From Phoronis australis (taxonomy: Eukaryota; Animalia; Phoronida), in contig NMRA01000313.1 of assembly GCA_002633005.1 (NCBI GenBank), positions 454,518 through 518,517 on the forward strand: a stretch of DNA of 64,000 bases, written 5' to 3'. Numbering within the stretch: position 1 is the first letter of the stretch; every line of letters starts with the position of its first letter. Under the pieces are notes generated by a model that saw only the letters and a list, made by a program, of their open reading frames with translations, was not told where the DNA came from and ran no database searches. Below are positions 1 through 13,339 of the stretch, one piece after another. The position numbers and the translations under genes were made by a program.

Positions 1-1078
1 CGCAGTTTATTTCAGCACGTTTTTGCTTATCTACAAAATAAACTTAACTAATGGTACCTCTGGTACCATAAACTCTCTTAACTTTACATATAGGGCACTG
101 GTCCTTTACAGAAGTGCCGGATTTTGAGAACCAATTGAATGCATGCTAAACTGGTCCTCGAAATCAGTGACCCCTGTAAGAGACTAATACCACTGGGATT
201 GTATTTGTGTTGCTAGAAAGATAAAAATATGCCACACATCTGGCTATCGGAAATTCCCGTTATGTTTTCAAAAGTTTGTGTCTGATCTTATTGCACCAAT
301 TCACAAAATCCATGAACTTCATACAAGGAAGACGGCTATCTCATATGATACGCGGCTTGTGGTGACTAATTTTTTAGAAAGTAACTGGTCTGAACTAATT
401 CCTTTAGAATGGAATAGAGAATTCCATAGTTTCAGGATAGTTATTATCTTTCTGATAGGAGTATTTGCTATCACAAACATTGAATCCACTTATTGAATGC
501 TGAAATGAAGTATCATCGAATCAGTAAATCAAGTTACGAACAGTAACAATAGTCTCCCCAATGTAAAACAACTTTTCTGACCTTGACCTCATTTGTTAAA
601 ACAGGATTAAACTTGTGCTTTTAGTCGAAAAACATTTTTTATTTAGGTCATCATACCATTATGAAACTGGCATTGTTCAGTTAACAAGTCGAGCGATCTC
701 CGTGCTTGAGGACAACTGGAAGTTTGTAATTTCTTCGGACCAACTCATGAAATTTCACGCCCCGGTATGACCTGAAACTTTATGAGAGCGACCTGAACTA
801 AGAAATAACGAACCACCAGTTCTTTGTAAGCTCAGGAACCACACCAGTTTTGACTCGGGAACAATTTGTAACCAATTTCCTAACGGTAAGTGGCCAAAAT
901 CAAAACATGTTTTTGACTGAAAATATAGTATCAATGTTGCTTTAAGTTTACTATAGCATTGTTTTGTAGTTCGATCAGGAACTGAATTTATCCTTCTCCA
1001 AAGCTTACACTGATTGACAACCATGAAAGTCTCCCTATTAAATTCATAAAGATATTAACGCCCTTATCTTTTATTACA

Positions 1079-1240
1079 TTAACTCTCCTGTTAGCAACAA
1101 ATAAACTGCCTACTGGCTGCATAACTCTCCTGTTGCCAACAAACTGCCAAGTGACTACATAACTCTCCTGTTGCCAACAAAATGCCTAGAGGCTGTATAA
1201 CTCTCGTGTTGCCAACAAACTGCCTGCCTAGTGGCTGCAC
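1079..1240. repeat. Tandem repeat, 4 copies of 38-42 bp
   Basis: Unit taactctcctgttgccaacaaactgcc...ggctgca starting near 1080, 1122, 1160 and 1198. Confidence 0.9.
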
Positions 1241-1887
1241 GACATTCCCGACTGTTAACACTATGTGAACTCATTCATAAAACAAGTCACAAAGTGTAGC
1301 AGCACTGTCATTCAAGATTTCATTAGTACTACCACATCCTTCATCGACCCATTTTTCATCGATGTCATGTCTACCCAAAGCGCCTGCATAATCACAAGCA
1401 AGTTTAATTTCTGCTAAAGCCAAGACAGTCACCGAGTACAATACACAACCTCTGTCTAGATCATGCAGTTTCACACAATATCTCTGGGATATCCACATTT
1501 CCCAAATGGTGGACAATTGAGGCCCTCATTAACTGTTACTATCCACATGAGGGATGAGGCAGTATAACTGTAAACCCAATCATTTGTAAGTTAGGACAAT
1601 CATCTGACTGGTATTGGGGCTCTTGCACGTCTCCTCAGAGCTTCACTTTGCCCAGAGCTGGCATATCAACACAAATAGCTCAACCTATGTAGCTACGTGA
1701 TAACGTCACATTAGGTTCTGAGAAAATTCTTGCCACTTATTATCCCCAGTGAAGCTTACCTATGCATAACTATACGAAGACCATTACGATTTTTGCCTCA
1801 GGGAATGTATGTGTTGCAATCAGGGTTGCATTCCATAGACCCAAGACATTGGCTAACGTGAAATCTTCATTTATGCAACAGAAATGG

Positions 1888-1893
1888 TTTATT
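1888..1893 (-). terminator. Candidate polyadenylation signal of the C8orf89-like gene
   Basis: Minus-strand AATAAA about 565 nt past the stop codon; another lies near 1070. Confidence 0.35.
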
Positions 1894-2456
1894 CAATTTC
1901 ATGATCCATGAATTCTGTCCACATTCCAACCCAATCGAGCAATTGCTTCAGTGGCCGTCATTTTGTTAGGACCTGTACCAGTGGTATCTCAAGCACAATC
2001 GCGAGACTCGCATGACTTTGTGTCATCTTGAGTGATCTAGCTTTACTCGCAAGAAATGTGGTCTACGGAATGATTCCCTGATTTAAAGGCCAGCTGCTTA
2101 ATATGTAAATATGACAACCAGTCCAAGCGCTGGCCCAAGTGCGTAACCAGATGTCACCTACCACCAACGTTACACTAGATACATGTACATTGTCAACACA
2201 AGGTTCCGACCATCACACTGGATGACAGCATTTCTCCAGATTCACCAGTTCTGTGAGTTTACAGTGGCGTCACACATTGCATTCAAGAACGTCCCAGTGT
2301 GACAAGTTGGTGAACAGCACAACTCCGTCTGTTGCTTGAGATTACCTCTAGATGGCATTGCACTGTGATGCTACTTCCAGCTACTTCCAACATGAGTAGC
2401 ATCGTGGTACATACTTCACGAAAGACTGTGGTAAATAAATACGGTCAAAGCCCGCA

Positions 2457-2602
2457 TCATGAGTCTCTGTCTCGATTTTTCTTTTTCATTTTCCGATTCC
2501 TCTCCCACCGGACAGTGTCGGCCTCTAGTGTTGCGAGTTCAGCTAGCCTCTGTTGGAACACCACCTCGGCCCCGTTCAGTGGGTCTGCATACTTCGGCTC
2601 AC
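2457..2602 (-). CDS. C8orf89: Terminal constant exon C5 of C8orf89-like gene
   Basis: Acceptor ctctcctctgcag, phase 1. (S)EPKYADPLNGAEVVFQQRLAELATLEADTVRWERNRKMKKKNRDRDS then TGA. The pattern DPL.GA....RL..A.LE.DT.R.E...K.KK resembles the C8orf89 C-terminus from memory; no search was run. Confidence 0.8.
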
Positions 2603-3373
2603 CTGCAGAGGAGAGTACAGAGTAAATCTCATGTGCACAGCCATTACCAACCTAGTACATTTGACGATACCAATTAATAACACGTATGCCACATCATACA
2701 ACAACACTAATTCCATTGTACAATATCTGAAAAGTTTTATAGAGGAACTAGGTGCTGCCATTAAAAAATTGATCAAGCCATTGGTAATCAAGAGTTCATA
2801 AAACATACAACACGTCCAAACAACCATTCACACCCTATCCATAACATATTCATACCCATACCCAAAGTATACAAGTATAGCCATTGACTTTCTAGATTGC
2901 CTCGTAACCACGATTTGCTGTTGCGTGATTTCTCATGTCTAGATCTTTAGCACGCAAATAACGAGACATAGGCGCCAAACATTTCACTAGTCTCACTCTC
3001 TAACAATTTCAAACTCTTGAGTGTGTAAAATTAACATAAAAGTTATATGGGAAATTTACAAATGTCAAACAGTGGTGTGCAAAATTATACCCTAATTCTT
3101 ATCACTTCTTTACCAAACAATATGGCACACAATTTAAATTCTGTTTTGGTGAATTTTCTCCTCAAAAATACAATTAAAAAGTTTTTAGCCTATCCTAGCG
3201 TGATTTGTACCATGAAGATGTCTTCAAGTAACTTTTGGTAAAATTTTCCATTATTTGAAAAACGTAAAAATGACGATTCTGGCAATTATTTTTGTGTCGG
3301 AAATAAGTGAGGGATTGGCATAGTGTGAATGTCAGGAGGGTAATTAACATAATAGATAGAAATGTCAGAAGAG

Positions 3374-3687
3374 TATTGTTGGCCAAATGCGTCAACGTTA
3401 CATATGTAAATTACGTGCGTAAAATATGTCTTGTTAGTGGCGTAAATTATTTGCAGTGTAAATTAACTTTTACTGGCCTAAAGTAATTATTTGCAAGTAA
3501 AGTAAATTTTAACGGCGTAAAGTAATTATTTTCGTGCATAACTTATTTACGTGTGTAAATTATCCACGTAAATTAACATACCCCACAAATATACCTTAGA
3601 CAGTTAAAAGTTAATTTATGCCACTAACAAGAATTAATTTACACATGTAATTTACAAGTGTAACGTTCACCCATTTGGCCAACAATA
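3374..3687. mobile_element. MITE with long imperfect terminal inverted repeats
   Basis: tattgttggccaaatg ... catttggccaacaata; inverted similarity continues about 80 bp (e.g. tcttgttagtggc / gccactaacaaga). No coding capacity. Confidence 0.85.
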
Positions 3688-4045
3688 GATAAGCAATATG
3701 GAAAATACCAAGACCACAGCAAGGAGACAATTTCATGCTACCTCACTTAAATCATCAATGCACAACTCGTCAGTCTTCATAAGTTATCACCTTTCATTCG
3801 GTGCCAACTACATGGCCTTGATCATCGGTCGTCATATGCTGAGTCATCGTCGCATACCCGAGGTGAACCCCCTTAAAAGCAAGTTAGTTTGTAGGATGAT
3901 ATGAACCAAGTACACGGAATTCCAAGTAAGGCTGCACAAAGTCAACCAAATGCCGAAACAAGATACCGAAACAATCGCGTGGTTTTCATTCATTCATTCA
4001 TCTCCTGCGTGACATGTACACTTGCTGCTAATCATCTCTACTCAC

Positions 4046-4180
4046 TGGTTTGTTTCTGCTGCCGCTGGTAGTTGGTCTGTAGTGGCGGCCTCTGGAGGGA
4101 CAGACGTGTCGACCGGGTGCTGTGACCAACGCTCGTCGAGGTTGAGAAGGCAGGGCCACTGGAGTGATTACCACCTACAA
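4046..4180 (-). CDS. Constant exon C4 of C8orf89-like gene
   Basis: Acceptor tttttatatgtgtccag, 135 nt, phase 1-1, donor A|gtgagt. Open: VVGGNHSSGPAFSTSTSVGHSTRSTRLSLQRPPLQTNYQRQQKQT. Confidence 0.85.
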
Positions 4181-5359
4181 CTGGACACATATAAAAAGAC
4201 CATTAGAGACCCTGGTTTTCCCCGTTAACGTAAAGCGGATGCAATTAACAGAATCTGACCTCGTTCACGGAGTTTATGTATTTCAATTTAAGATAGCGTA
4301 TTCTAATATTTTTTGTCATTGAACACTATAAATTAAGAATATAGTCCATCAAATATGACAATTCTGTCCACAAATCTATCAATCGTTTTGCAACACACGT
4401 GTACTAGTATTTGTTACTTCTGACTGAAGGTGGTGTCATAACTTTTCCAGCTGAGAGACCATGTTATGCACCACTTTTGACCTTTGGTCGGAGATTTAGT
4501 TGTGGTTATAATTGTGCTCATTTGCCAATTCCGTATTTGAACAGACAGACATGCACTATTGAAAAGACCACAAGGAGTAAAAGTGTAATACCATAAACCT
4601 GGTATGTGAGGCATGACATATGATCGTACATCAGGTATTACTTCAATCCTGGCATGAACAAAGGCATTATTGAATATGGTGGTATTAGTTAATTGGCATT
4701 TTATCAACTTTGACAATAGCTTTAAGTATTGTCAGAGGTAAAAAAATGTTAAAACAACAAAAAAACCCATTAAGAAAAATGACTGGCCTAAAATCAGAAG
4801 ACAAAATATGGCCTTGTATTCGAATGTAAGGCCACGGCATTTTCTAAAAAATTCCCGTAAATGCATTATCTTGCCAACAGGGTAATATGGCCTTATAGAC
4901 CAGGTTTTGCGGCAAAGGTTTTGAGGAAATTTAAACAGTCCTTAAACAAATTCTTACTGTAATGAAATTGGTATTTAGCCGCATTATGTTGCATGAAAAC
5001 TTTGGCGACGTCATCCAGTCAGTTTTGACATTTTGTCTCCTGGGGATTGCAACTATTAAGCTTAAACTTTTAAAATTTTGACTAAGAACCTAATTTAAAT
5101 AAATTGAAAATGTCAATGACTTGGTAATGATGTGGATGCAAAAAACACCTTGTGATTTGTTATCGACCTTTCTCCAATATTCTTTACTTTCGCCACCATT
5201 TCAACATTTTCCTTACAACTCGGGTATGCAACAGTAACGAGAGAGAATTGGAATGCACAGTCAATAAAAATTAGTAGTGATATGTATGCTATTTCATAAA
5301 ATACAACATGTCTTTCATTGTATTCAAAGATCATGTCATTGCAGTGTACAGGATCTTAC

Positions 5360-5446
5360 CTGAATTGAAGGATTTAGACAACGATTTACTTGAAGTACTC
5401 GGCACGGAATTCAATATTGTCCCCGTAGCAATCAGATCTTCTTGGC
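5360..5446 (-). CDS. Constant exon C3 of C8orf89-like gene
   Basis: Acceptor aacgttttcag, 87 nt, phase 1-1, donor CAG|gtaaga. Open: GQEDLIATGTILNSVPSTSSKSLSKSFNS. Confidence 0.85.
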
Positions 5447-6132
5447 CTGAAAACGTTAAACAAACAATGTTAAAATTATACCAAACATAAAGCTGCATCC
5501 CCCGTTTGGTTTCGCTAAAAACAAAATACTGAATTGGGCTTTTTGCTCATGTAACATTGGCGTTGTATTCGTTACAGAGATAGAATTCCTTTTGCATTAC
5601 CAACGAAGACATTGAAACAATCACCGACTCAAGAAAACATTTCAGAGTTTATTGAGGTCATGGCCAACCCTAAAAATGCAGATTTCAAAATGGCGTATGT
5701 ACCTGTTAACTGTCTCAGTTAAGAGCTTGTTCAGCAGTACTTCAGCACGGAAATGTTTTTAAACCCCAAAACGCTTTGGTTAAGAATTCAACGTTGACAG
5801 CTAAACAGAAGCAAAATGTTACGCAAACTAATTCTGTCTTTTTTCGCTTAACATTCGTAACAGGTGAACATTTTATATATTGAAAAATCGCTCATTTTTC
5901 ATCATTTTATATGTTCACAAAATTCTCCTCATTTCACACAAGTTTCCCCATAATTTTTGCAAAGAGAAATAAATTTTACTGAAATTCAAAACAACCATTT
6001 TGGAAACTATTGCGAGGCAATAACTTTAGATTTTCTAAAATTAATGAAGTTTTATCATCATTTGACCAACACTATTTGGCAACCAAAACATGACCTACGA
6101 CAGTCTGTGAAAATATCTACACTGTAACGTAC

Positions 6133-6288
6133 CTGTCCCATTCTGAGAGAATTTTTCATTGAACGCACTGCGTAGACCGTTTGGCTTAAAATATCCACTC
6201 TTTCTGTGACTAAGAGATTTGTCGTCCAAGCTGTTTTGTAGACGCATCCCTTCAAACTCACGCGATGTGTCCAACAATGGCGGAGGAA
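6133..6288 (-). CDS. Constant exon C2 of C8orf89-like gene
   Basis: Acceptor ttttattttcttccag, 156 nt, phase 1-1, donor CAG|gtacgt. Open: VPPPLLDTSREFEGMRLQNSLDDKSLSHRKSGYFKPNGLRSAFNEKFSQNGT. Confidence 0.85.
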
Positions 6289-9200
6289 CTGGAAGAAAAT
6301 AAAATCAAATTCAATGTTGCAACTTAAGCAGAAAATCTTAATATCAGCAAACCTTCACCTACTTCATGATTGCTGCATTATGTATTATTTTCATATTTCA
6401 ATTTCATTGTCTTAAATAAAGAAGTCGAGGTAACTAGCTATGACAAAATCATGAATTCGATCGAAGTTTTCCCTTACAGGCTGGTGTAACAGGCAATTTT
6501 TCTGGAAAAAATGCATCCTTACAGTAAAATCTGACCAATTTAGGACAAAATAAGTCCCACGGGTAAAATTTTATTTTCTCAGTCATTTTGTTCCATGAAG
6601 GACAATTTGCAGCACCATGTTAATGCCTTAAAAGATGCAAATGAAGCACTAATTTACAAACAATCCCGGATCCTCCAGTGTGCTGGAAACCATCTCAGAT
6701 CCAGTTTCCATTACAATCTCGGGAAAGACTATTTTTATGTTATCCTAATAGGTACAGTAATTATTAATTTCATTATCAAATAACAATTGCGTAATATTTG
6801 GAATTACTAAGGTTTTTTATGTTCACATTTGATTTAAGTGTTGTATCAGTTGTAGAGTTTTCTTAAAAATCGCAATTTATTTACAAATTAGTTCTTTCCT
6901 GATTATACTTGTACACAGTTCCCCAGGAAGTCACTTGAAACAAATTTAAATATTTATGGTTCTAATGAGACATAGTATCTTTAACATGTTAAGTTCTGGA
7001 CATTAGCAACCGTCAGACAATATTTTGGAAAATTGCGGGCATTTACAACAAAGTAAGAATCCCTTGAAAAAATGAAAAAAGGGCAAGTTTGGCCAATATT
7101 TTTGTCAGAAATTGATGACATTTTACCGCAATGAGTAACAAAGGACTATTGAACAAAAAACAAATAAAGTGCAGTATATTTATACTGTTATGTTCAGTTA
7201 ACATAGTTCTCTAACTAATGCAACTCTTTTTTTGCTTCTAAATTTATCTTTCAAAATAATCCTCAATCTATCTGTGATCTTATAGGTTGCAAAACTAAAA
7301 AGCCAGGGGGTGGGCATTAAACCAGAGCATAGGCGTTTAAAAAAAATTTAGAGGTGGGGGAGGGTGTTTACCCGAATGGTCGATAAGAACACCATGTGTA
7401 TACCTTCATCATTTTGAACACCGTCACTATAACACTGAGGATATGAAGGCGACTAAAGAACCACTTCATATTTCCTCTGTAAAGAGTTGTATTTTCCACC
7501 TGATTAAGGCAAGGCACTGTTGACATGAACATTTGATACTCAAAAGTAAGCCAGTATAACGTACATTTTGGGAACTAAAGTTTTGTGAGCTGCGCATTCA
7601 TGTATACACTGGCACTTTTATAGGGGTATTCCTTGACCCGTTAAACAGCAGAGGAAAAATTTGACTCGGTTTGAACAACTGTATAACGGGTGTACGGCGG
7701 TATAATAGCTTGAATTGATATTTCCTGCACTCCACTAAGATCATAATAATTTCACTTAGTATAAAATGGAGATCACAAACCTTCGCACTAGGAAAGCTTT
7801 ATTTTTGCACTTAGTGGAAAATTAAGTCCGAGTGTGCACAAGCAAAAGGCCATCTTCAGATGGACAACTGGGTAGAAAAAATGGCATTGACTGAATATGT
7901 TCTAAAACAGCATTATTTGACTGTAAAAGTGAGTTTTATGTAAGATGTTATGAGCTCAAAGCACGACTTAAAAGCACCCAGGATAACAAAGTATCTTCCA
8001 ACAGGTTCGCTCTACATAATGACTTAAGATCACTCATACCATTATAAAGAGTTGTCATGGATAGTTCACATGATTTTTTTATCATAAAGTTGATTATTTT
8101 ATAGTTAACCACAAAAGCAAGACATTTGAAGTTGAAATGAATTCGTGGTTTGGAAAACACGGAAAATGGTCCACGGCATGAAATTTTAGGAAGTGTAGAT
8201 TACTCTGGAGAAGGGCTTTGAACCTGACCAGTGCAGTATTTCAAAATCAGTCTCATTTAACGTGTTCCCTAGAGGAAGCCTGAAGCAACAGGTTTGTGAA
8301 GCTGAGACATTGTGAGCTTCGTTTAACTTTGGACATTATCATGAATCATTTTAAGAAAAATAACTATGGGTCAACTGACCCACAGGATATCAAATCTGTG
8401 GGTTAATTTGAAGGACCTATGGGTCACTTTAGACTAGAGTCGTCTGTACTTTTCAGTTTGATTTTGGAGGGGCCTGTGGCTTTGTCTGCTACCTCAGTAG
8501 GCTTCACGGTGATTAGTGATTGGTCTAAATAGCTAACTGCACACCAAACACATAAAACCATAGTTGGTATCCATTATACCTTCGTGCACAACACACTTGA
8601 CCCCAGCGCTAACACTGCTGTTGTCGTTGGTTACAGACATTAGTTTTGATGGGCTGCTCAACATTGTCCTAGTGCTTATTATTCAAAACAAAATAAAGTG
8701 TGACTGAGACACAATTTCTATGAGCCCGTTGTCCCGAGTTAAGCGATTACAGTGAGCCAATAAAAATGTTTATGCACCGATGACTCGAGGCGCGTTCCTA
8801 TAATTTGCCCTGGGTGATTAGAAGAAATTAAGAAACATAACCCAAGAAACTAACTGAGATAAATATGCTCGGAAATAATGAAGGCGAAATGTAGTTTTTG
8901 CAAGAAATGTATAGAACAGCACGTAACTGAACACAGCTAAAGCAGTTTCGTTTACCGATTATCTTCTGCCCATGGGCTTATTTTCAGAAATTTCGGTAAC
9001 TAAGAAATCCCAAGTTTATTAAATCTTATTTGACAGAGTGTTTGCTTGACCTTCAATAACATACCGTAGCAGATGTGGTCAAACAGTTCATTACAATTTA
9101 CGTACTGAGTTTCATGGTTTTTCAACCTGCTTCTAAAGGTTGATTGACATGGAGAATCTGCAAGCCTTACACAGCTGGTAACTTGAGTAATCAACACTAG

Positions 9201-9298
9201 GTAACAAAACTCTTAAGAAAACAGCCGAAGAATATGGCATGGCTGTAAGTAGAGGATAGAGCAACTAGTTTGTTCTGTTGATATGAGCAAACACTTAC

Positions 9299-9337
9299 AG
9301 AGGATGGAGTTCCTTAGAAAAACGATTAGAGGCAGAA
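9299..9337 (-). CDS. Candidate 39-nt in-frame cassette exon between C1 and C2
   Basis: Acceptor ttgtgttgtttgtctag, donor T|gtaagt, phase 1-1. Adds VLPLIVFLRNSIL with no stop. Confidence 0.5.
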
Positions 9338-9961
9338 CTAGACAAACAACACAAGTTTGGGTTGGCGGATTATGTATCAGTCTCTTATACTGTTTACTGG
9401 TTGAGCTATTGTAAGTGAGAAAGCGTTGAGCGGCTTAGGACTCGATACTATGGTATTAGCGCAATGTTCCAGCAATGTACAGGTATAACAAACGTTAAAT
9501 TGATTATTTTTCCGAGCTTGGGAACATAAAATCAATGTTATTTATTAACAGCCCTAGTCGCATACAAAAGAAATCAGGTTACCGTAATTCTTTGTAAATA
9601 CAAATTAAAATAATCGTATTATTTTTTCAGGTACTAACTTAATAATGACAAAGGCATAAACGGTAAAACTTTTTGGTTTGGGACACAATATGGCAGTCAA
9701 GAAGATTCCTTGTTTTTTAATCTATGAGAAAAAGTATGTTCTCAGGAAATTTTTCTATGCTTTTTGTTTAGTTTGTAAGTCATAGCTGTCACAAATCAAT
9801 ATTTGGTAAAATATTGAGCAATTCCAGCAATATTCTAAGTTCTGAAAAATAGAAAACTTCAACAATTGTTTTTGTCTCAAATTTAAGACTAATTAGTCAA
9901 CATAAAATAGGCATGTAAATTGAAGTCATTGACACTCTTTAACATAAAAAGCTGGTCTCAC

Positions 9962-10164
9962 CTCTACCATTGGATAGCTGTATACTCTTCATTGCATTAT
10001 GACTAGGAGGCCGCCTATCCAGGTCATGGTTTCGCCCCTTCGACCGCCGGCTAGTGTCCAGTCCTGCCGTACTATCAGAGCTCGCCCTGCAGTCCTCATT
10101 CCTACTGTCGAGAGACTGTATGAGATCTGACTGGGTAAGGTGCCCGGTGGGTGTCGTGGCAGAG
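9962..10164 (-). CDS. First constant exon C1 of C8orf89-like gene (phase-2 acceptor shared by the variable exons)
   Basis: Strong acceptor ttccttacgttttttccag, 203 nt, phase 2-1, donor GAG|gtgaga. Open: xSATTPTGHLTQSDLIQSLDSRNEDCRASSDSTAGLDTSRRSKGRNHDLDRRPPSHNAMKSIQLSNGR. Confidence 0.85.
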
Positions 10165-10297
10165 CTGGAAAAAACGTAAGGAAAGTAAATGCCGCTGTTT
10201 AAAAGACATGCCAGTAACTCTTGAGACGCAAGAAACAGCGTATCTTGCAGACATGGTTGATGTTCCAGGATGACTGGCAATGTATAAACTGACTAAC

Positions 10298-10338
10298 CTG
10301 TTCAGAAGGCAAACAACAGCAATGCAGAATCCCACCAT
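10298..10338 (-). CDS. Candidate short variable first coding exon V11 (MVGFCIAVVCLLN-S)
   Basis: gaaATGG start, 41 nt, phase-2 donor AG|gttagt, 133-nt intron to C1. Short enough to arise by chance. Confidence 0.35.
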
Positions 10339-10916
10339 TTCCAAATCATCACTTACAGTAAATCACCTTCTTTGAAATAAGAGTGCTAACTGAATTAACT
10401 TTCATTTGGTTCTTTAAACCAGAAAAATGTAAAGAGAACAGAAATTTTAGACTTCTCAGTTAAAATTTCTGATATTCTTTGTACTTTTCTGGGAGTTGAG
10501 GAAATGTTTACTTGGTTACTATAGTCACCAACATTTAAATTTTCAGGCACCAGAAGACAAAAATTGTCAGAACAGCAATAACTGTAACCACGGAGCAGTA
10601 TTTTATGATGACGCAACCAAAAAGATGCAAGAGGAGTTTGCCCAACTTTGATGCCTGTCACACCAATGTAGCTGTAGTTTATAAAATTGTTATTATAACA
10701 CCAATGAATAAAATAATATAAAATTTACCAGGAAATCGAGTCCTTACAACCAACAGGTTTCAGTACGATTTTGAAAATGGAGAGAATCCAAGACGGAACC
10801 GCCTTAAAGGATTATACATTAGTAAATGTTGGCCACTGCACACACGCCCAGCCTGTCACATCACGGCAGGCTTGGATGAAGCGGGAATTTGGTTTGACAG
10901 GCCCATAAACCCATAC

Positions 10917-10924
10917 CTGGCCAT
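10917..10924 (-). CDS. Candidate micro first coding exon V10 (MA-S)
   Basis: atcATGGCCAG|gtatgg: strong Kozak context and phase-2 donor. TATATAG about 70 nt upstream and a TGACGT CRE-like site near 11007. Confidence 0.4.
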
Positions 10925-11635
10925 GATTTATATCAACTAACAGTTAAGAGCTAGACTACCTGGTGGCAATGCGTATGCCTTTAACACTGCCTATATAGCA
11001 GTCGCATGACGTGAAACACGGCACAGAGAATCGCTTGAAATAATTGTTGAGACTGTTTCTGTAAGAGCACCTTGATTCACTCCTTATGGCTGCCATATCC
11101 AAGAACTATGTCTAAACAAAATCTCGCACTGGACAAATCACATCAGAAATCAATACGCGCTTCACCATTCCAAATTTAAAACAGTATTGAACATTCTAAC
11201 TTGTTAATGAATAATTGAACAGGTTAAACTTCTCCCAAGCTTGGACAACCTTTGAATACACACAGGGGGTGCTGGTAATACATTCGAGTGTATCAGTTAC
11301 AACTTACATTTACCAAACAGATGCAGGGTACAAATTTCATAAGACATTATTACAGAAACCCATACTCTATTGTGAATGACAACCATTCCCACATCAAATG
11401 GTAGTCTTTCATCTGGATCATCACACATTCCTCACAATCAATTTATATTTTGTCAGTCAATAATCACCACCCAGAACAAGTAATCTAGTACTAGGCCTGG
11501 GACCATGTATAAGCCCACATAACTTCCCCCCTCCAGATTGCAGGTAGCCTGCCTAGTTACACAACAATTTAATTTGTCCAGGATCAATGAGTTTCAGGTA
11601 AAATGGTAGTATCATTGACAAAATCCTAACCTTAC

Positions 11636-11661
11636 CTACACAAGCTTATATTTGCTAGCAT
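11636..11661 (-). CDS. Candidate short variable first coding exon V9 (MLANISLC-S)
   Basis: ATG, 26 nt, strong phase-2 donor AG|gtaagg. Short, so chance is not excluded. Confidence 0.3.
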
Positions 11662-13339
11662 ACCACAGTAACTTGTAAAGTTAACTCTTACTTTAGTTAG
11701 TATTGTGTTTAACATTACGTTCAAGAATAGCAAACATGAGTTTGAAAATTAATTTTTTAGATAAAGAACCAAACACCCATCACAGACATTATCAGAGCAT
11801 CATTAAAACATTAGCAAAAATTTTACACTTGACACATCAGCTCAACACCAACCTAACCCATGACGGCACACGCACTCGGTACATCCAGGGGCATTGTGGG
11901 TAAACAAACGTAGGCTTGAACTGGACAAATCTGCGTAGCTTCACTCGTCCTTCATCCATTGCCAGGTAGTAAGACACTCATCAATACGCGCTTTATATCC
12001 AATTTCAATGCAAGACCCATACATAAGAGCCCCTGCTATACCCTATCAGTTAATCCTAGCTCACCAAAACGTCCATAATCTCAAGAGAGGCAAGCAACCA
12101 ACGCATCTACCAAACGGAGCAACCAATGAGCTAAGCTTCATGTCATGGCAAAGCCTGATCAAACCTTTGTTAGCTCAATCTGGTCTGTCAACACAGCAGA
12201 GCAACCTCTGAACTGTATATGGGCCTAGCTGAGTTTATCAATAACAGAGATGGATCACAACAATAACACTGGTCAATAGACTACAGAATTGTCTGTTTCA
12301 GGTGAACACAGTTACAGAATTACTACAATGGTGCAGTGTTTTTATTAATTTACCGTGAAAGCCTTCAGTGTTTGCTTTTCCATATAACAGTTGAATGTTG
12401 TTGAGCAGTCAATCCAATCAGAAATGCCTCCTGACTAATCATCAACCAAGTAACGACATCTATTGAACAACTTAGAAAAATCATCACTTAATATAGATTT
12501 CTCTTTTTTGTCATTTTTAAAAAGTAAATAATTTATATTTATTATATTATTTTTGTAATTTTTCAGTAAAAGATTACTAGCACCAAGTCAGTAACTTAAT
12601 GTTCCACACCAGTTGGGACAATCTAAACTTTAGATGTCAAAATTCAAGCCGAAATTGAATTTGCTCGATTCTGAAGACGGGACATGGGGAGTTTTGATGT
12701 CCATCATATTTCTTAACTACTGGACACTGTGTTTTTTATCAACAGTCTGAAAATATACTTGGCTGTTCATAAAATCATTGAAAATACTCTTGTTTGAGCA
12801 TCTCCATAGTAGGTACTTGAATGATTATTTGTGGCCAATTTTGCCTATAAATTTCTAAAACTTGGTACAAACTCCAACCTTGAATAAAATAATTTTTCAC
12901 TGTCCCAAATGGAGATGATGTTTTGAGAAATTTTGGGAAATCACAACAACGTTAGTAACATTTGAAAACTGAAAGATACATTTTAGCAAATTATTTTTTG
13001 TCTAAAAATTGAGCAGCTTTTCATGAAACAAAGTCACTAAATAATAGATAAGTGCTACAACACACTTTAGTAATCAGTTATGACTGTAAAACAACAACGA
13101 TTAAAAACAAAGATCGAGCACTTTAAGAAAACTTGATTAAATGCTAACAGCAGATTTGTGAATATTCAGTGTCATTTTCGGAACTAGGGGAAAGAACTGA
13201 CACAATCTCCCACAAAATAAGCCAGCAAGCAATTGCACAGTAAAAGCACACAATCTAAAGTTGTACATAAATCAAAGTAGCTTATAAGTTCAGATGAACT
13301 GCATATAGAATAGATAATTAATACAAAAGAACGTAATTC

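Noticed and set aside
1079-1240. CRISPR-like array
   Set aside because: The inter-repeat segments are short and similar to each other, there are no cas genes, and the context is eukaryotic.
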